IMG/VR virus record: IMGVR_UViG_3300012352_000444
Location: 1-54,788 of that record
DNA length: 54,788 bases
From: a virus
Taxonomy: Duplodnaviria; Caudoviricetes
Direction: 5' to 3' (one strand)
The notes under the pieces: model-generated
Databases searched by the model: none
Told to the model about the DNA's origin: nothing
The model's input: the letters and a program-made list of their open reading frames with translations, nothing else
Program-made: the position numbers and the translations under genes
Shown here: positions 44,804 through 54,788 of the stretch, piece after piece
Layout of the letters: each line of letters opens with the position of its first letter
Numbering within the stretch: position 1 is the stretch's first letter

Positions 44804-45748
44804 TTAGTTTAGCATAGACATAATAGAATTGTCAAATCTATATTCTAAATTCTTGATTGCTTCATCACTCATATCACCAACATCTTTATATTTAGCATCA
44901 ATGTTAATAACAGAAATTCTTGAACCCAATCGCTCTATAAGTTTTTGCCTCATACTATTTCCTGCTTCATCATTATCAGCAATGATAATAATGTTGTTGA
45001 AGTATTTCTTTAGTAGTTCAGTCTGAGTGTTAGAAATATTAGCACCTAGAGTTGCTACTGCTGAAAGACCCACCTGATCAAGTCTAATTGCATCAAATGA
45101 TGATTCAACTATATATACTTTATCAGAAAGTTTAACTCTATGCAAGTTAAACAAAACTTTTGATTTTGGAAGTCCTGGAGTATTCTTAAAATCTTTACCT
45201 TCAATAGATCTTCCTACAAATCCAACACACATGCCGTCTGGTGAATGAACTGGAATAGTTACCATATCTTGTTTTTCTGAGAAGCCAAGTCCAAACTTTT
45301 CTACAGAAGCATTTGAAATTAATCTTCCGTTATAATATCTCATTGCTCTTGGAGATTCAATTGCCTGATTGTTTAATCTTTTAATTAAAAGCTCATCAAA
45401 CTGAATATACTCTGGCTTATCAATAAGTTGTTGATTAACTTGTTTTTCTAAATCAACAACAGAGTCTTTATCTTTAATAAATCTAATAGCTTCAAAGTAT
45501 GATCTTCCAGATGTATGCATTACTAACTGAGTTAAGTCAGCAGTTTTCTGACATGAGAAACAGAAAAATATTCCACTCTCTTTATTTACTTCTCCTGCTG
45601 GGGTTCTATAGTTATTATGGTAGGGACAAAAAATCAATACATCAGAGTCTAACTCTTTTTCAATGTTGATTCCTGATCCTGTGAGGACTCGCTTGACTTG
45701 TTCTGCTGTGTAGATATCGCCTTGAATCCGTCTATTCCTGCTATCCAT
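44804..45748 (-). CDS. dnaG: DNA primase (Zn finger plus TOPRIM)
   Basis: CPYH...CFSC, GFVGR, IVES.FDA, ADND.AG, KD.GD. Confidence 0.92.
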   Translation of the reverse strand: MDSRNRRIQGDIYTAEQVKRVLTGSGINIEKELDSDVLIFCPYHNNYRTPAGEVNKESGIFFCFSCQKTADLTQLVMHTSGRSYFEAIRFIKDKDSVVDLEKQVNQQLIDKPEYIQFDELLIKRLNNQAIESPRAMRYYNGRLISNASVEKFGLGFSEKQDMVTIPVHSPDGMCVGFVGRSIEGKDFKNTPGLPKSKVLFNLHRVKLSDKVYIVESSFDAIRLDQVGLSAVATLGANISNTQTELLKKYFNNIIIIADNDEAGNSMRQKLIERLGSRISVINIDAKYKDVGDMSDEAIKNLEYRFDNSIMSMLN

Positions 45749-45993
45749 TCGCTATTTCTCTTTCCAACATATACTCCATATACTGATAGTTTAAAATTAA
45801 AGATTTCTTTTTCTTCTATATATTCTACAGTAAAATCAGGGTCTATGTCAATTCTTTGAACATATCCCTCTGACTTCATCTGCAAAGATAACAATCTTAT
45901 ATATTCATTTTTTAATCTTGGGACTGCAGATTCATCATGGATTTGACCATCTAAGTTAAACTTTTTAACAGTCTTGTGATGAAATTGTTGCAC
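45649..45993 (-). CDS. Hypothetical protein
   Basis: ORF track; TATAAT upstream of GTG. Confidence 0.7.
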   Translation of the reverse strand: MQQFHHKTVKKFNLDGQIHDESAVPRLKNEYIRLLSLQMKSEGYVQRIDIDPDFTVEYIEEKEIFNFKLSVYGVYVGKRNSEWIAGIDGFKAISTQQNKSSESSQDQESTLKKS

Positions 45994-46005
45994 ACATTAT
46001 TATAA

Positions 46006-47226
46006 CTACTTATCTTCAAAGTCTTTATATCTGTAGTATCCCTTGTCAAAATCGACCTGAACTAGGAATTCTCCCATAAATCCATGTCTATTTTTTCTAA
46101 ATGCACACTCAATAATATCGCTATTTGAGCTACGACCAAGTGCAATAACCCAGTCAGCATCATAAGCAATCTGTCTAGACCACGCAGTTTGGCTAAGAGT
46201 TGGTACTGTACTTAAGTCATTTGAATCATCAGGTGTAGCAGATGAAATTCCAATAATAGGAACTTCTTCGCTCAAAGCCATAAGCTTTAGTTCTCGTGAT
46301 AAGTTCTTCATCTTAACAACTTCGCTCTCAGACTTTTGGTTTGGAGACATAAGCTGTAGATAGTCTACAATTACAAAGTCTGGCTTATATTGATCAATCT
46401 TTCCACGAATAACAGATGGATTAATTTCTCCACCATTATCATTGGCAATAATATGAAACTCTGGTTTACCTTCAAGCTTGCTCTTGTGCCATGCTCGAAG
46501 TGTATCAAGTTCGATATCTCCATTACTAATCTTTCTGTGTGACCATAGACCTTCACCCATAATAGTAAACACACGATTACGAACTTCTGTCTCTGACATT
46601 TCAAGAGAGATTACCATGGGAGTCTTGCCTTGCTTCCATGCCTGTACCGCAAAGTATAGTGCAAGCCATGACTTTCCAATTCCTGGATATGCTAGAAATA
46701 CTCCTAGCTGACCTGGCATAATTCCAGCAGGAAGATAGTTATCAAATCCTGGTAAACCAGTTTTAATTCCGATAACTCCAAGCTCTTGCTGCTTCTTTAC
46801 ATGCTCAAAGTATGCGATTGCCGATTCAAGATCCGTAACATCAATATCACGAATTGCAGAAGTATTCTTCTTTAGCTCAGAAGTCTTTGTAATAATATTA
46901 TTTAGTGCTTCTGGACCATGGCCACTTTGAACATCAGAGGCTGCAGAACGGATAATATCCTTTAGGCTGTCATTTAAATATTCTGTCTGTAATTCTTCAA
47001 GATGATGTTTAGTAGCACCAACTCCAGTAACTGGATGAAAGTCTCTAAACTTTTCAACAACAAGACTTACTGGAGGTGTAGCAGAATTCTGTTCAAAATA
47101 ATTACGAATAAATTGCCAGATATCATTATGAGTTCTGAGAAGGTTATCAATATTTGCTTGAAGCAAAACATGCATCTGCTTATCTTCTAGAACTGCTGAT
47201 AAGACTTTTGCCTCTACATCATTCAC
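46006..47226 (-). CDS. dnaB: Replicative helicase (DnaB-like)
   Basis: AYPGIGKS, ISLEMS, IVDYLQLM, DAD, KNRHG. Confidence 0.93.
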   Translation of the reverse strand: MNDVEAKVLSAVLEDKQMHVLLQANIDNLLRTHNDIWQFIRNYFEQNSATPPVSLVVEKFRDFHPVTGVGATKHHLEELQTEYLNDSLKDIIRSAASDVQSGHGPEALNNIITKTSELKKNTSAIRDIDVTDLESAIAYFEHVKKQQELGVIGIKTGLPGFDNYLPAGIMPGQLGVFLAYPGIGKSWLALYFAVQAWKQGKTPMVISLEMSETEVRNRVFTIMGEGLWSHRKISNGDIELDTLRAWHKSKLEGKPEFHIIANDNGGEINPSVIRGKIDQYKPDFVIVDYLQLMSPNQKSESEVVKMKNLSRELKLMALSEEVPIIGISSATPDDSNDLSTVPTLSQTAWSRQIAYDADWVIALGRSSNSDIIECAFRKNRHGFMGEFLVQVDFDKGYYRYKDFEDK

Positions 47227-47527
47227 TTAACCACTTCCTTGCTAGAGCTCTACGCTCTGCTCGCTCTTTCTCGTCTTGTTGCTTGTCTCTGATTGCCTGC
47301 AATAATTTTTCTGCATTATATGCAAAATAGTTCCATGTAGGTGCTTGACTAACCTTAAAGTAATAGTCAAGAAGGTTGTAGCATTCTGATATCCCATAAG
47401 ATTCTATGAGAGCATCAGATGCCCATTGCTCAACGTTTAGGTTTAAAGAAGGCTTTTGCTCATACCTTATGGTATGTAACTTACTATATCGGCTGAGCAA
47501 AGCCATACGGTCTTTGCGCTCTGCCAC
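47219..47527 (-). CDS. Hypothetical protein in the replication module
   Basis: Coupled to dnaB. Confidence 0.75.
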   Translation of the reverse strand: MAERKDRMALLSRYSKLHTIRYEQKPSLNLNVEQWASDALIESYGISECYNLLDYYFKVSQAPTWNYFAYNAEKLLQAIRDKQQDEKERAERRALARKWLSE

Positions 47528-47736
47528 TAGTTGTCAGCTGCCTCTTCTTGTGCTTCTTTGATTTTTGATGTAAGTTTATCTTCTACAAACTTATATACAC
47601 GTTCAAAAGCCTGATCTACGGTTTCACCATTGCGTGTACTATCTACAACTCCTAGGTCAAGTCTTAATGACTGGAAGTTGCCCAGATTAAGAGTATATCC
47701 AAGTGTTACATTTACCTTTGTTGCTTCGTTTTCCAT
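47527..47736 (-). CDS. Hypothetical protein
   Basis: GYTLNLGNFQSLRLD motif. Confidence 0.75.
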   Translation of the reverse strand: MENEATKVNVTLGYTLNLGNFQSLRLDLGVVDSTRNGETVDQAFERVYKFVEDKLTSKIKEAQEEAADN

Positions 47737-47790
47737 TATCCACCATTTCTGCTTAGTACTTATATTTAATAATACCACAAAAGCTAAAGA

Positions 47791-48333
47791 TTAAATACTT
47801 TCATTCCATACAGGAATATATCTACCATCTTCAGTTCTTGTATATGTAAGTATACCTTCTCCCATACGTCGTGTCAACTCTTGCTTATTGGGAGTCATAT
47901 TATTTGTCACCAACCCGTCTTTTCTAGGTTGTCCAATATGGATACTTGCAAGTATATCACGTATCTCTTTTATGTGCGATTCTGAGTAGTATGCTCTTAT
48001 CTGCCATTCTCTTTTGCCACCTTTTTGAGCACCTATTGGTTGAGGAATAACTCCTCGTTTAATTAAGCTTGGTAAATACTTTTTATGACGATTAATAAGC
48101 TTAGCAGTCTCACCCATCGTGTAGGCCTTTTCTCTATTTTGTTTAAAATCTTTTATAAAACAAGTTTCTAATCTATCCTGTGTTATATTGTACACAGTTA
48201 TCAGACCATTAGATCTATTATAGTGATGAACCTTTACAAGATCCCCGTTTAAAAACCAAACGGCTTTCTTGCCTTGTATTACAGGTTCACTATTGTATTC
48301 TTCGCTAGAGAAATTTCTTTTTGAAGTATCCAT
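47791..48333 (-). CDS. HTH DNA-binding protein (MerR-like)
   Basis: YTMGETAKLINRH...L...G.IP...R.YYSE. Confidence 0.65.
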   Translation of the reverse strand: MDTSKRNFSSEEYNSEPVIQGKKAVWFLNGDLVKVHHYNRSNGLITVYNITQDRLETCFIKDFKQNREKAYTMGETAKLINRHKKYLPSLIKRGVIPQPIGAQKGGKREWQIRAYYSESHIKEIRDILASIHIGQPRKDGLVTNNMTPNKQELTRRMGEGILTYTRTEDGRYIPVWNESI

Positions 48334-48470
48334 CTGCCCTCACTACTTTCCTGTGGTGGATGAAAAAATTTTCTATCTCCGCAAGAAATGCAAAAAATCT
48401 CAATATGGTTTATAGATGTATATTGCCGATCTACAAACATTCTGCTATTGCATTTAAAACATTTGATCAT
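48279..48470 (-). CDS. Small Zn-ribbon protein
   Basis: CFKC...CISCG; AAGGGG SD. Confidence 0.65.
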   Translation of the reverse strand: MIKCFKCNSRMFVDRQYTSINHIEIFCISCGDRKFFHPPQESSEGRWILQKEISLAKNTIVNL

Positions 48471-48478
48471 GATTCCCC

Positions 48479-48922
48479 TTAGTTTGGAATTCCGATAATA
48501 ATAAGGTTAACTGAAACTGTAGCCTTACCAGCTGAATTAAACTTTACAATACCAGTCACGCTAGATCTAGAAATGTCTGTCAAAATAACAGATAGGTTTT
48601 CTCCAGCTGCTGTCTTACCGTTGTTTACTGCAGTTGCTGTAACAATTGGGGTATATTTAAAATCTCCTGGAAATGTATAGGTAAATCCAGAAGTCTTTGT
48701 AGTGCTTACATCAGAGTTATTAACTACGTTGATACTTCCGCCAATCATACGTGCTTCAGATGTTTTAATCTGTTGCTTTCCCGCAGAGGCTGTATCAATA
48801 GTAGTATAGTTATATGTAGCGCTTGAAACCTGATCTGAAAGCTGATTTAAAGAGCTTACGACCTGATAAATAAAAGGGACATCCAGTGGTTGTCCTCGTT
48901 CTGGTAGTGGTAATTTTGCCAT
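48479..48922 (-). CDS. Putative tail-associated protein
   Basis: End of structural operon; F...F...P.V.A beta pattern. Confidence 0.55.
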   Translation of the reverse strand: MAKLPLPERGQPLDVPFIYQVVSSLNQLSDQVSSATYNYTTIDTASAGKQQIKTSEARMIGGSINVVNNSDVSTTKTSGFTYTFPGDFKYTPIVTATAVNNGKTAAGENLSVILTDISRSSVTGIVKFNSAGKATVSVNLIIIGIPN

Positions 48923-48932
48923 AGTATATCTA

Positions 48933-49487
48933 TTATATCGTATGAACCACGTTAAAAAGCTCTAAACGAGGCTCATATACCCTATATGCTGTAGGAATTT
49001 GTATCCCCATCTCAATTCTTTTTGCAACATACGGTGTAGTTTTTTGAGCAATATTATAAGTATTAGAAGATATAGTTGTCTCATATACCCAATCTGTCCA
49101 AACAGAACCAGTTAAATCTGGACTCCATCTAACAAAAATATCAAAGAAACCAACTTGAGCAAATCTTCTTTCTAGCTCAGCTTTATATGGATCAACATTA
49201 AATTCTCCTGCAGCTACTGGATATGTCCAAGTACTTGTAATTTGCTTATTTCCTCCACCAGTATTTACAGTGTAAGCATTTACTCTGGGTAAAGAAGTAT
49301 ATGGCAAATCTGCATCTGATGTTGGTGGCATAATAATTCTTTTAATATCAGACCAATATGAGGTTCTGTTCTTGTCCTCTGAAATAATTCTATATCTAAT
49401 GTCATAGTAAAGATCATTATCATCATAGCTTACAAGAGGTAGAGCATTGTTTGGGATAACTACCTTTTTAATTCCACTATCAACCAT
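48933..49487 (-). CDS. Putative structural protein
   Basis: Coupled within the tail operon. Confidence 0.6.
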   Translation of the reverse strand: MVDSGIKKVVIPNNALPLVSYDDNDLYYDIRYRIISEDKNRTSYWSDIKRIIMPPTSDADLPYTSLPRVNAYTVNTGGGNKQITSTWTYPVAAGEFNVDPYKAELERRFAQVGFFDIFVRWSPDLTGSVWTDWVYETTISSNTYNIAQKTTPYVAKRIEMGIQIPTAYRVYEPRLELFNVVHTI

Positions 49488-51256
49488 TATAAGGCTCCGA
49501 GATTTACTCTAAACTCAATATAGTTATTTGTGTTAGGATTTTTTACTACTGTAACAGCATCCTGATTTTGTATTAAAGAGTATCCAGTCATTCCATAAAG
49601 AGGATTCACTGTACCCAGATTATCTAGTCTTATGGCATCAAGAGAAACAAAATATTCCGGTCTTGAAATATCTACAGTTCCATTTGGAGATAATGCGGTA
49701 GAAGTAAGGCTAGCTCCAGAAACAAAATATGTAAGTGTTGTAGTTGAAGGAACAGAAGTTATGGTGTGTGTACCAGTATAACTAGAAGTTCCATGACTAA
49801 ACTTAATCTTTGTATTTGCTATAATGGCAGATCCGCCAGATGTATATGTATATGTATCAAGATTAATAGGAATTAATATTTCAAAATATGAGGTAGTTGA
49901 ACTAATTACAACAGCATTAGAAATGTTAAACGACCCTGTTCCAGAACCAGTTACTCCAGAAATATTGACAACATCGCCTGGATCAAAAGTATTTGCTGCT
50001 GTATATGTTATTTTCATTGATGTATCTGAATAATCAGTTCTTATAGCATTAGTAATTGTTGCATTTACTGGAATTCCGTGTGCTGCTGTTGTAAGAGTTA
50101 CATTACCTGATGAGGCTACAATATTTGTTGCTGCTATTGTATCGATAACACTAACATAAACCTGAACAATTGACATTGCATCCCACGAAAATGTTGGACT
50201 ATATACAAGATTGTCAAATCTACTTGATGCAACAAAATATCTATTTTCTGAGAACTGTTGTGAAGCATCAAGTACTTGAGTCTCTAACTTGGCAAACTGT
50301 GTGCCATCAGTATTAGAAAACCTAACAACGATATTAACTTTGTCTGGAGTAGTCACTTCATTTCCATAAACACTAATTAAACTAAAAGCAATCTTTAAAA
50401 GATCTGCAGAAGAATTTTTGCTAAAGTTAAATGTTTGACCAGTTAACTGAACATATTTTGCATTATCTGCGACTGTAAAAGATTTTGGGTTTCCAGTTAT
50501 AAATGATGTATTTCCACGCATTAAGATCATATTATTTAAATATCTACCACCCTCATATCTGCCAGACCTATTTGCATTTAAGAATGCAGGATTGTCTGCA
50601 GATGTTTCAAAAGCATCTTCAAATGTTGATATTACATTAAGGGCATTTGGAGTAAGCGTTGATGTTATTGAAGCTGGTGTAGCAAAAGTAGAGCCACTTC
50701 CATATTTCCAATTTTCAGCTTCTGAAAATGCTAAGATAGTTTTACTGTCATATGTTCCAGCACTAACATTAAGTCCTGCTGAAAATATACCTATTTCAGA
50801 TATTTCATATCTTTCTTCTGTTGGTAATTCTCCAGTAAAAATAATCTTGTCTGTTCCATTTTCATTAATATACCCTCTAGAAATAATAGGAACCCTAAAC
50901 ATCTCAAAATCTAAACACTCTTTTTGATCATCTGTTTGAATTTGAACAGTAGCTCCAGATAGTGCCACTGTAGGGGCAGCACTAAGCTTAAATTGTGTTG
51001 AGCTTAAAATTTCTGTTACAAGGGTATTATCTGGGATAGATCCAGTTCCAGAAAGCACTTTATAAACTGCTGCACCAATCCATAAACCATCTACAGAATC
51101 ACAGGTAACTGTGGTACCAGAAGATGAGGCTCCTGAAATCTGAGAGCTTACAGTTCTAGGCTTAGGGCCACATCCAAGAGCAATATAGGATGCAAAACTT
51201 GGTGCTGTACCTATTAGATACTTTGCAATAATCTGTTTACCTTTATTAGTTATCAT
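49487..51256 (-). CDS. Putative tail/baseplate structural protein
   Basis: MITNKG...ALG.G, ISEIGIFS; inserted S/T-rich beta repeats. Confidence 0.65.
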   Translation of the reverse strand: MITNKGKQIIAKYLIGTAPSFASYIALGCGPKPRTVSSQISGASSSGTTVTCDSVDGLWIGAAVYKVLSGTGSIPDNTLVTEILSSTQFKLSAAPTVALSGATVQIQTDDQKECLDFEMFRVPIISRGYINENGTDKIIFTGELPTEERYEISEIGIFSAGLNVSAGTYDSKTILAFSEAENWKYGSGSTFATPASITSTLTPNALNVISTFEDAFETSADNPAFLNANRSGRYEGGRYLNNMILMRGNTSFITGNPKSFTVADNAKYVQLTGQTFNFSKNSSADLLKIAFSLISVYGNEVTTPDKVNIVVRFSNTDGTQFAKLETQVLDASQQFSENRYFVASSRFDNLVYSPTFSWDAMSIVQVYVSVIDTIAATNIVASSGNVTLTTAAHGIPVNATITNAIRTDYSDTSMKITYTAANTFDPGDVVNISGVTGSGTGSFNISNAVVISSTTSYFEILIPINLDTYTYTSGGSAIIANTKIKFSHGTSSYTGTHTITSVPSTTTLTYFVSGASLTSTALSPNGTVDISRPEYFVSLDAIRLDNLGTVNPLYGMTGYSLIQNQDAVTVVKNPNTNNYIEFRVNLGAL

Positions 51257-51737
51257 TATATATATCCGCCCAGTATATTGTACCACCTGAAGTAATCTGA
51301 ATGTCGACTTGCTCATCAGGCTGTATATTAACTAAATCTATTACAATTGCGCCCCTAGAGTCTAGGTACACATTTTCTCCACTTGTCCCATTGCCAACAA
51401 ATGGTATTCTATCAGCTAGGTTAATTGAAAAATTATTAAAGTTTGTCTCATATGTACCCTGCATTCTTATAATATTAAGTGGATTATAATCTTGCTGCAA
51501 TGATTCAAGATTTTTAATTGGCTGGTATTTAACCTGTTGTCCATTTACTGTATCATGTCTAGCAATGATTAGCAATTCTTGACCGCCAATATTTTCAAAA
51601 AGAAGATCTGCTATTAGCTCAGCATTGCTAACAATATCATCATCGTTAAATTGAATGAGGTCTGGAGTTGCAGATTTAATTCCATCAGAAATAATTCCAG
51701 AATTAGAAGACCAGCTAGGCGGTGTAGGATTTACCAT
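51246..51737 (-). CDS. Putative structural protein
   Basis: ORF track; operon context. Confidence 0.6.
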   Translation of the reverse strand: MVNPTPPSWSSNSGIISDGIKSATPDLIQFNDDDIVSNAELIADLLFENIGGQELLIIARHDTVNGQQVKYQPIKNLESLQQDYNPLNIIRMQGTYETNFNNFSINLADRIPFVGNGTSGENVYLDSRGAIVIDLVNIQPDEQVDIQITSGGTIYWADIYNDN

Positions 51738-51739
51738 TT

Positions 51740-54700
51740 TTATACCTCACTCAAGTAGACGTTCATTTCTGGACCATCTACATTCTTAGAATATTCTATA
51801 TTATATACTACAAATCTTGTTGAGTCTGAAGAAATAACATCATTGTTACTATTAGTTTTATAGTCAATTGTTACCATATCACCTAGCTGAAGAGTAGGAG
51901 TTGGAAACATTTTTATTCCAACTGACTTTCTTGGTCTTAAGCTTTTCCCAATAATCCAACCAATAAGATCTTCTGCAGTATCATTATCTTGAATATATGG
52001 ACTCTCTAAATTAAACTCACTCTTACCATATTTCATTCTACTGTTCTTAATAGTATTATAATCTTCTAAAACTGTATATGGAGATGTTATATCTATTTGG
52101 CCACCTAGTTCAACATCTGATAAATTTCCTCGTTTTTTAAAGTAATCATCAACAGTAAGTGTTTTAGTAGTATCTTGTGTAAATGCAACACCTAAAATTC
52201 TTAAATAGTTTCCAGTTGTTTCATCAAGATTAAGTAAGCTGTCTGTATTATTAAATATTAAAAACTCAGCGCCATAGGAAGTTGCCATAAATCCAGAGAT
52301 GCTATATCCTTTAATTCTGTTAAATGTTTCTGCAATATTTGCATAAAGTGCTGGGTATGCACGATCATATTTAATATTAAAATATGACATCTCTCTCATA
52401 ATTGTTCCAAATTCATCGTAGTATAAGTCATAAGATTTTGTTCCCAAAGGACTAATCCCAGACAAATATGTTTTCTGAATCATTCCACTTAGCGCATATT
52501 TATTTAATGCCTCTGAAGCATTTAACTTATTATCATCATCAAACACTGAGGCTATTGGAACATTAATATCAAATACAGAGTTATTTGCATAATTTTTCCC
52601 TAATGCATAAACATTTTCAAACATTGCTTTTGTTGTACCTCTAACAAATAATCCTATAGATGTATTAGTAAGTAAGATTGGATTTGTATCTGTAATAATG
52701 TTAATAAGTTTTTGATTAAGGTATAGATAGAAAACTCTTGTTGTGGAGTTAACATCTACATACTCCATAGTTAAATCATATACCGTTGGATTTTCTTCCC
52801 CTACAAATCTATACTGCCCAGTAAAGTTTCCGTCATCTACAAGGATGTTAGCATTTCCTCCCCAAAGCTTTACTGGTATTGCTACATCATTAGCTACATT
52901 TTTTTGTACCTTGTAGAACATAACATTGTGCAAGTTTAGATCAGTTCCCGTTGACGAGTTTGAGTAGTTCTGAAGATCTGTATTTGTAAGAGCAGCAATT
53001 TCAAAATAATATCCATTATTTGTTTGAGGATTAACAATAGAAATTCCTGCAGATCCACCACCTATTGTAACTGCCTGAGTTGGATCAATTCCTGGAACAC
53101 TGTAGTATGGCATTGCACCAGATGGGCTCTGAGCTCTATCTGTAGCTGCATCAATTTTTCCAATAATTCTTAGTCTAGTTCCAAAATGCTTATACACTGA
53201 ATCGGATGGGTCAATTGGCATAATATCAAATATTGGCTGTGCATATACAGGCACACCCCCAGGAAGTGGTGTCCCAGGTATCGCTACGCTAGAAGAAGTT
53301 TTAAAAACTTGACCAGGCAAAATAGGTCCCGCTCCAACTGGCAACATAGATAGCTTGTCATCGAGTATTCCTTTATATTTTGGACGATTTACAGGCTTCC
53401 ATACATAGGACAAGAAATCTCTTGGTGATTCAGAGCTAGAAAAGTTTGGCCCAGTTACAACAAGTGCAGAAGACTGAACAGTTCCTGATTGAGTTGTCTT
53501 TAGTGAGCTTATTCCAGTTTCTGTCTGATAAGCAGAAGATAAAAAGTTTTTTATAATACCATTTCTTTGAGACTGTTTTGCTTTTGCTTGTGAGACTCCA
53601 GCAGTGCCACTTGCTACGGGAGGTAACTCTTGATCTGTTGTTGAGTATAGGAAAGATGAGACCATCAAACATCCTTGTACATAATCATCACTGGTCCAGT
53701 TAGAATCCAATCCTGCAGTATGAGAAACCACTGGTGTTCCAAATTGTCCACGTCCATGCTCTACAACTGGACCATTTTTTAATTTAAGAACAGAGTCAAC
53801 TGTTTCATAGTATGGTTTTACATATACCCTAACTAATCCCGTAGGATAGATCTTGCCATTAAAAGATATTTTAGAAAAGTAATTCTGATACTCAAGATTA
53901 TTTGATATCCAGACTAAACCTACTCCAGATACAGAATACTGAACAGCATCATATTTAATAATTTCTCCATTAGCGTAGAAATATCCTTGGAATCTTGTAA
54001 CATAATATATGTTTTCTCCAAAATCAATTATGTTGTTTTTTATTTGTCCATTGGCTACGGTAGGGATATCCCTTGATAAATTATTATTAAGTGGCATAGC
54101 TCCCAAAACATACTTCTGCTGTTTTTCATTATTCAAACTTTTTGTTGCTTCTGTTCCAGATACTTCCCACAAAAGAACTGGTTTGTAAATCCAAGTCTTT
54201 TCTTTATCAATAACCTGTGACTGCTTTAATGTTCCATAAGATCTTTGAATATATCTAGAAGTATAATTGATGGTTCCAGCATTTAGTACCTTTTGATCTT
54301 GTGACGATATCTCAATAATATTTGATAGCTTGTCAGGATATAAGTTTCTATTAATTCCATCTTTAGATGAATCCTGCGAACCATACAGAACCATATCAAC
54401 ATTACGCTCACCAGTATCATCTAGTAGATAGTTTTTGCTCATTACAATAAAGTTATTTTCTTCATCAAAGAACATTGCTGTTTGAGTTGCCACTGCAAGT
54501 TGATTTAAAACTTCTGCAACGTTTTGTTCTGGTGCAACAAAGAAATACGGAATGACTGGATCTGATTCATCAGCTAGTCTATAAAATACATAGTTTGAGA
54601 ATCCAATAGAGTCAAGCAAAATTCCTATGGCTTGGCCCAGGCTTACTTCTGTTAAAAGAAGTTGTGGAGCCTTAACTGATTCAAAGTAAAAATAAAAATC

Positions 54701-54787
54701 TCTTAGCTGTATAGATATTGAACTTGTTTCTTGATCTACTTTTGGAAATCCCTCAGAATAAAGAGTCTTCAGTGGTACGGTATATGT
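51740..54787 (-). CDS. Large minor tail / central tail protein (5' truncated by window)
   Basis: Frame open to window edge; L.QLA......FFDE hub-like motif; C-terminal P.LQLGD.VTI. Confidence 0.7.
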   Translation of the reverse strand, partial: TYTVPLKTLYSEGFPKVDQETSSISIQLRDFYFYFESVKAPQLLLTEVSLGQAIGILLDSIGFSNYVFYRLADESDPVIPYFFVAPEQNVAEVLNQLAVATQTAMFFDEENNFIVMSKNYLLDDTGERNVDMVLYGSQDSSKDGINRNLYPDKLSNIIEISSQDQKVLNAGTINYTSRYIQRSYGTLKQSQVIDKEKTWIYKPVLLWEVSGTEATKSLNNEKQQKYVLGAMPLNNNLSRDIPTVANGQIKNNIIDFGENIYYVTRFQGYFYANGEIIKYDAVQYSVSGVGLVWISNNLEYQNYFSKISFNGKIYPTGLVRVYVKPYYETVDSVLKLKNGPVVEHGRGQFGTPVVSHTAGLDSNWTSDDYVQGCLMVSSFLYSTTDQELPPVASGTAGVSQAKAKQSQRNGIIKNFLSSAYQTETGISSLKTTQSGTVQSSALVVTGPNFSSSESPRDFLSYVWKPVNRPKYKGILDDKLSMLPVGAGPILPGQVFKTSSSVAIPGTPLPGGVPVYAQPIFDIMPIDPSDSVYKHFGTRLRIIGKIDAATDRAQSPSGAMPYYSVPGIDPTQAVTIGGGSAGISIVNPQTNNGYYFEIAALTNTDLQNYSNSSTGTDLNLHNVMFYKVQKNVANDVAIPVKLWGGNANILVDDGNFTGQYRFVGEENPTVYDLTMEYVDVNSTTRVFYLYLNQKLINIITDTNPILLTNTSIGLFVRGTTKAMFENVYALGKNYANNSVFDINVPIASVFDDDNKLNASEALNKYALSGMIQKTYLSGISPLGTKSYDLYYDEFGTIMREMSYFNIKYDRAYPALYANIAETFNRIKGYSISGFMATSYGAEFLIFNNTDSLLNLDETTGNYLRILGVAFTQDTTKTLTVDDYFKKRGNLSDVELGGQIDITSPYTVLEDYNTIKNSRMKYGKSEFNLESPYIQDNDTAEDLIGWIIGKSLRPRKSVGIKMFPTPTLQLGDMVTIDYKTNSNNDVISSDSTRFVVYNIEYSKNVDGPEMNVYLSEV

Positions 54788-54788
54788 A

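Noticed and set aside
344-53672. Many antisense or alternate-frame ORFs in the track (e.g. 344-640, 17110-17502, 34999-35388, 39636-40124)
   Set aside because: They overlap well-supported genes or tRNAs and lack SD, promoter or motifs
1-54788. Stop-codon recoding
   Set aside because: Long genes are intact in the standard code, all three stops are used, and no suppressor tRNA was found

Overview
A 54.8-kb segment of a large, AT-rich tailed-phage genome. The host is most likely a freshwater Actinobacterium, inferred from WhiB, a DnaE-type polymerase, a short-variable-arm tRNA-Leu(TAA), many leaderless genes and host-like secreted surface proteins. The left ~16.7 kb is mostly + strand: tiny early/accessory ORFs, an origin-like non-coding region with DnaA boxes and repeated motifs, 9 tRNAs, and AT-rich glycan-modifying genes. 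The rest is mostly - strand: carbamoyltransferase module, holin, GuaB/GuaC, WhiB, endolysin, Hsp20, secreted proteins, terminase, the recombination/replication module (RuvC-like, Cas4-like, RecA, DnaE, SSB, primase, DnaB) and tail genes. Best leads: (1) an SGNH-like / 27-aa ...DKFLY peptide / carbamoyltransferase triad resembling a tyrosine acyl-shuttle relay; (2) about 8 glycosyl/phosphoglycosyl transferases, including an ABO-like GT6, plus two signal-peptide surface proteins; (3) a candidate stand-alone three-way-junction ncRNA at 25534-25630; (4) two phage-specific promoter-like motifs; (5) a compact pseudoknot at the 5' end of a tRNA transcript. All protein calls come from motif recognition by eye; no database searches were run.
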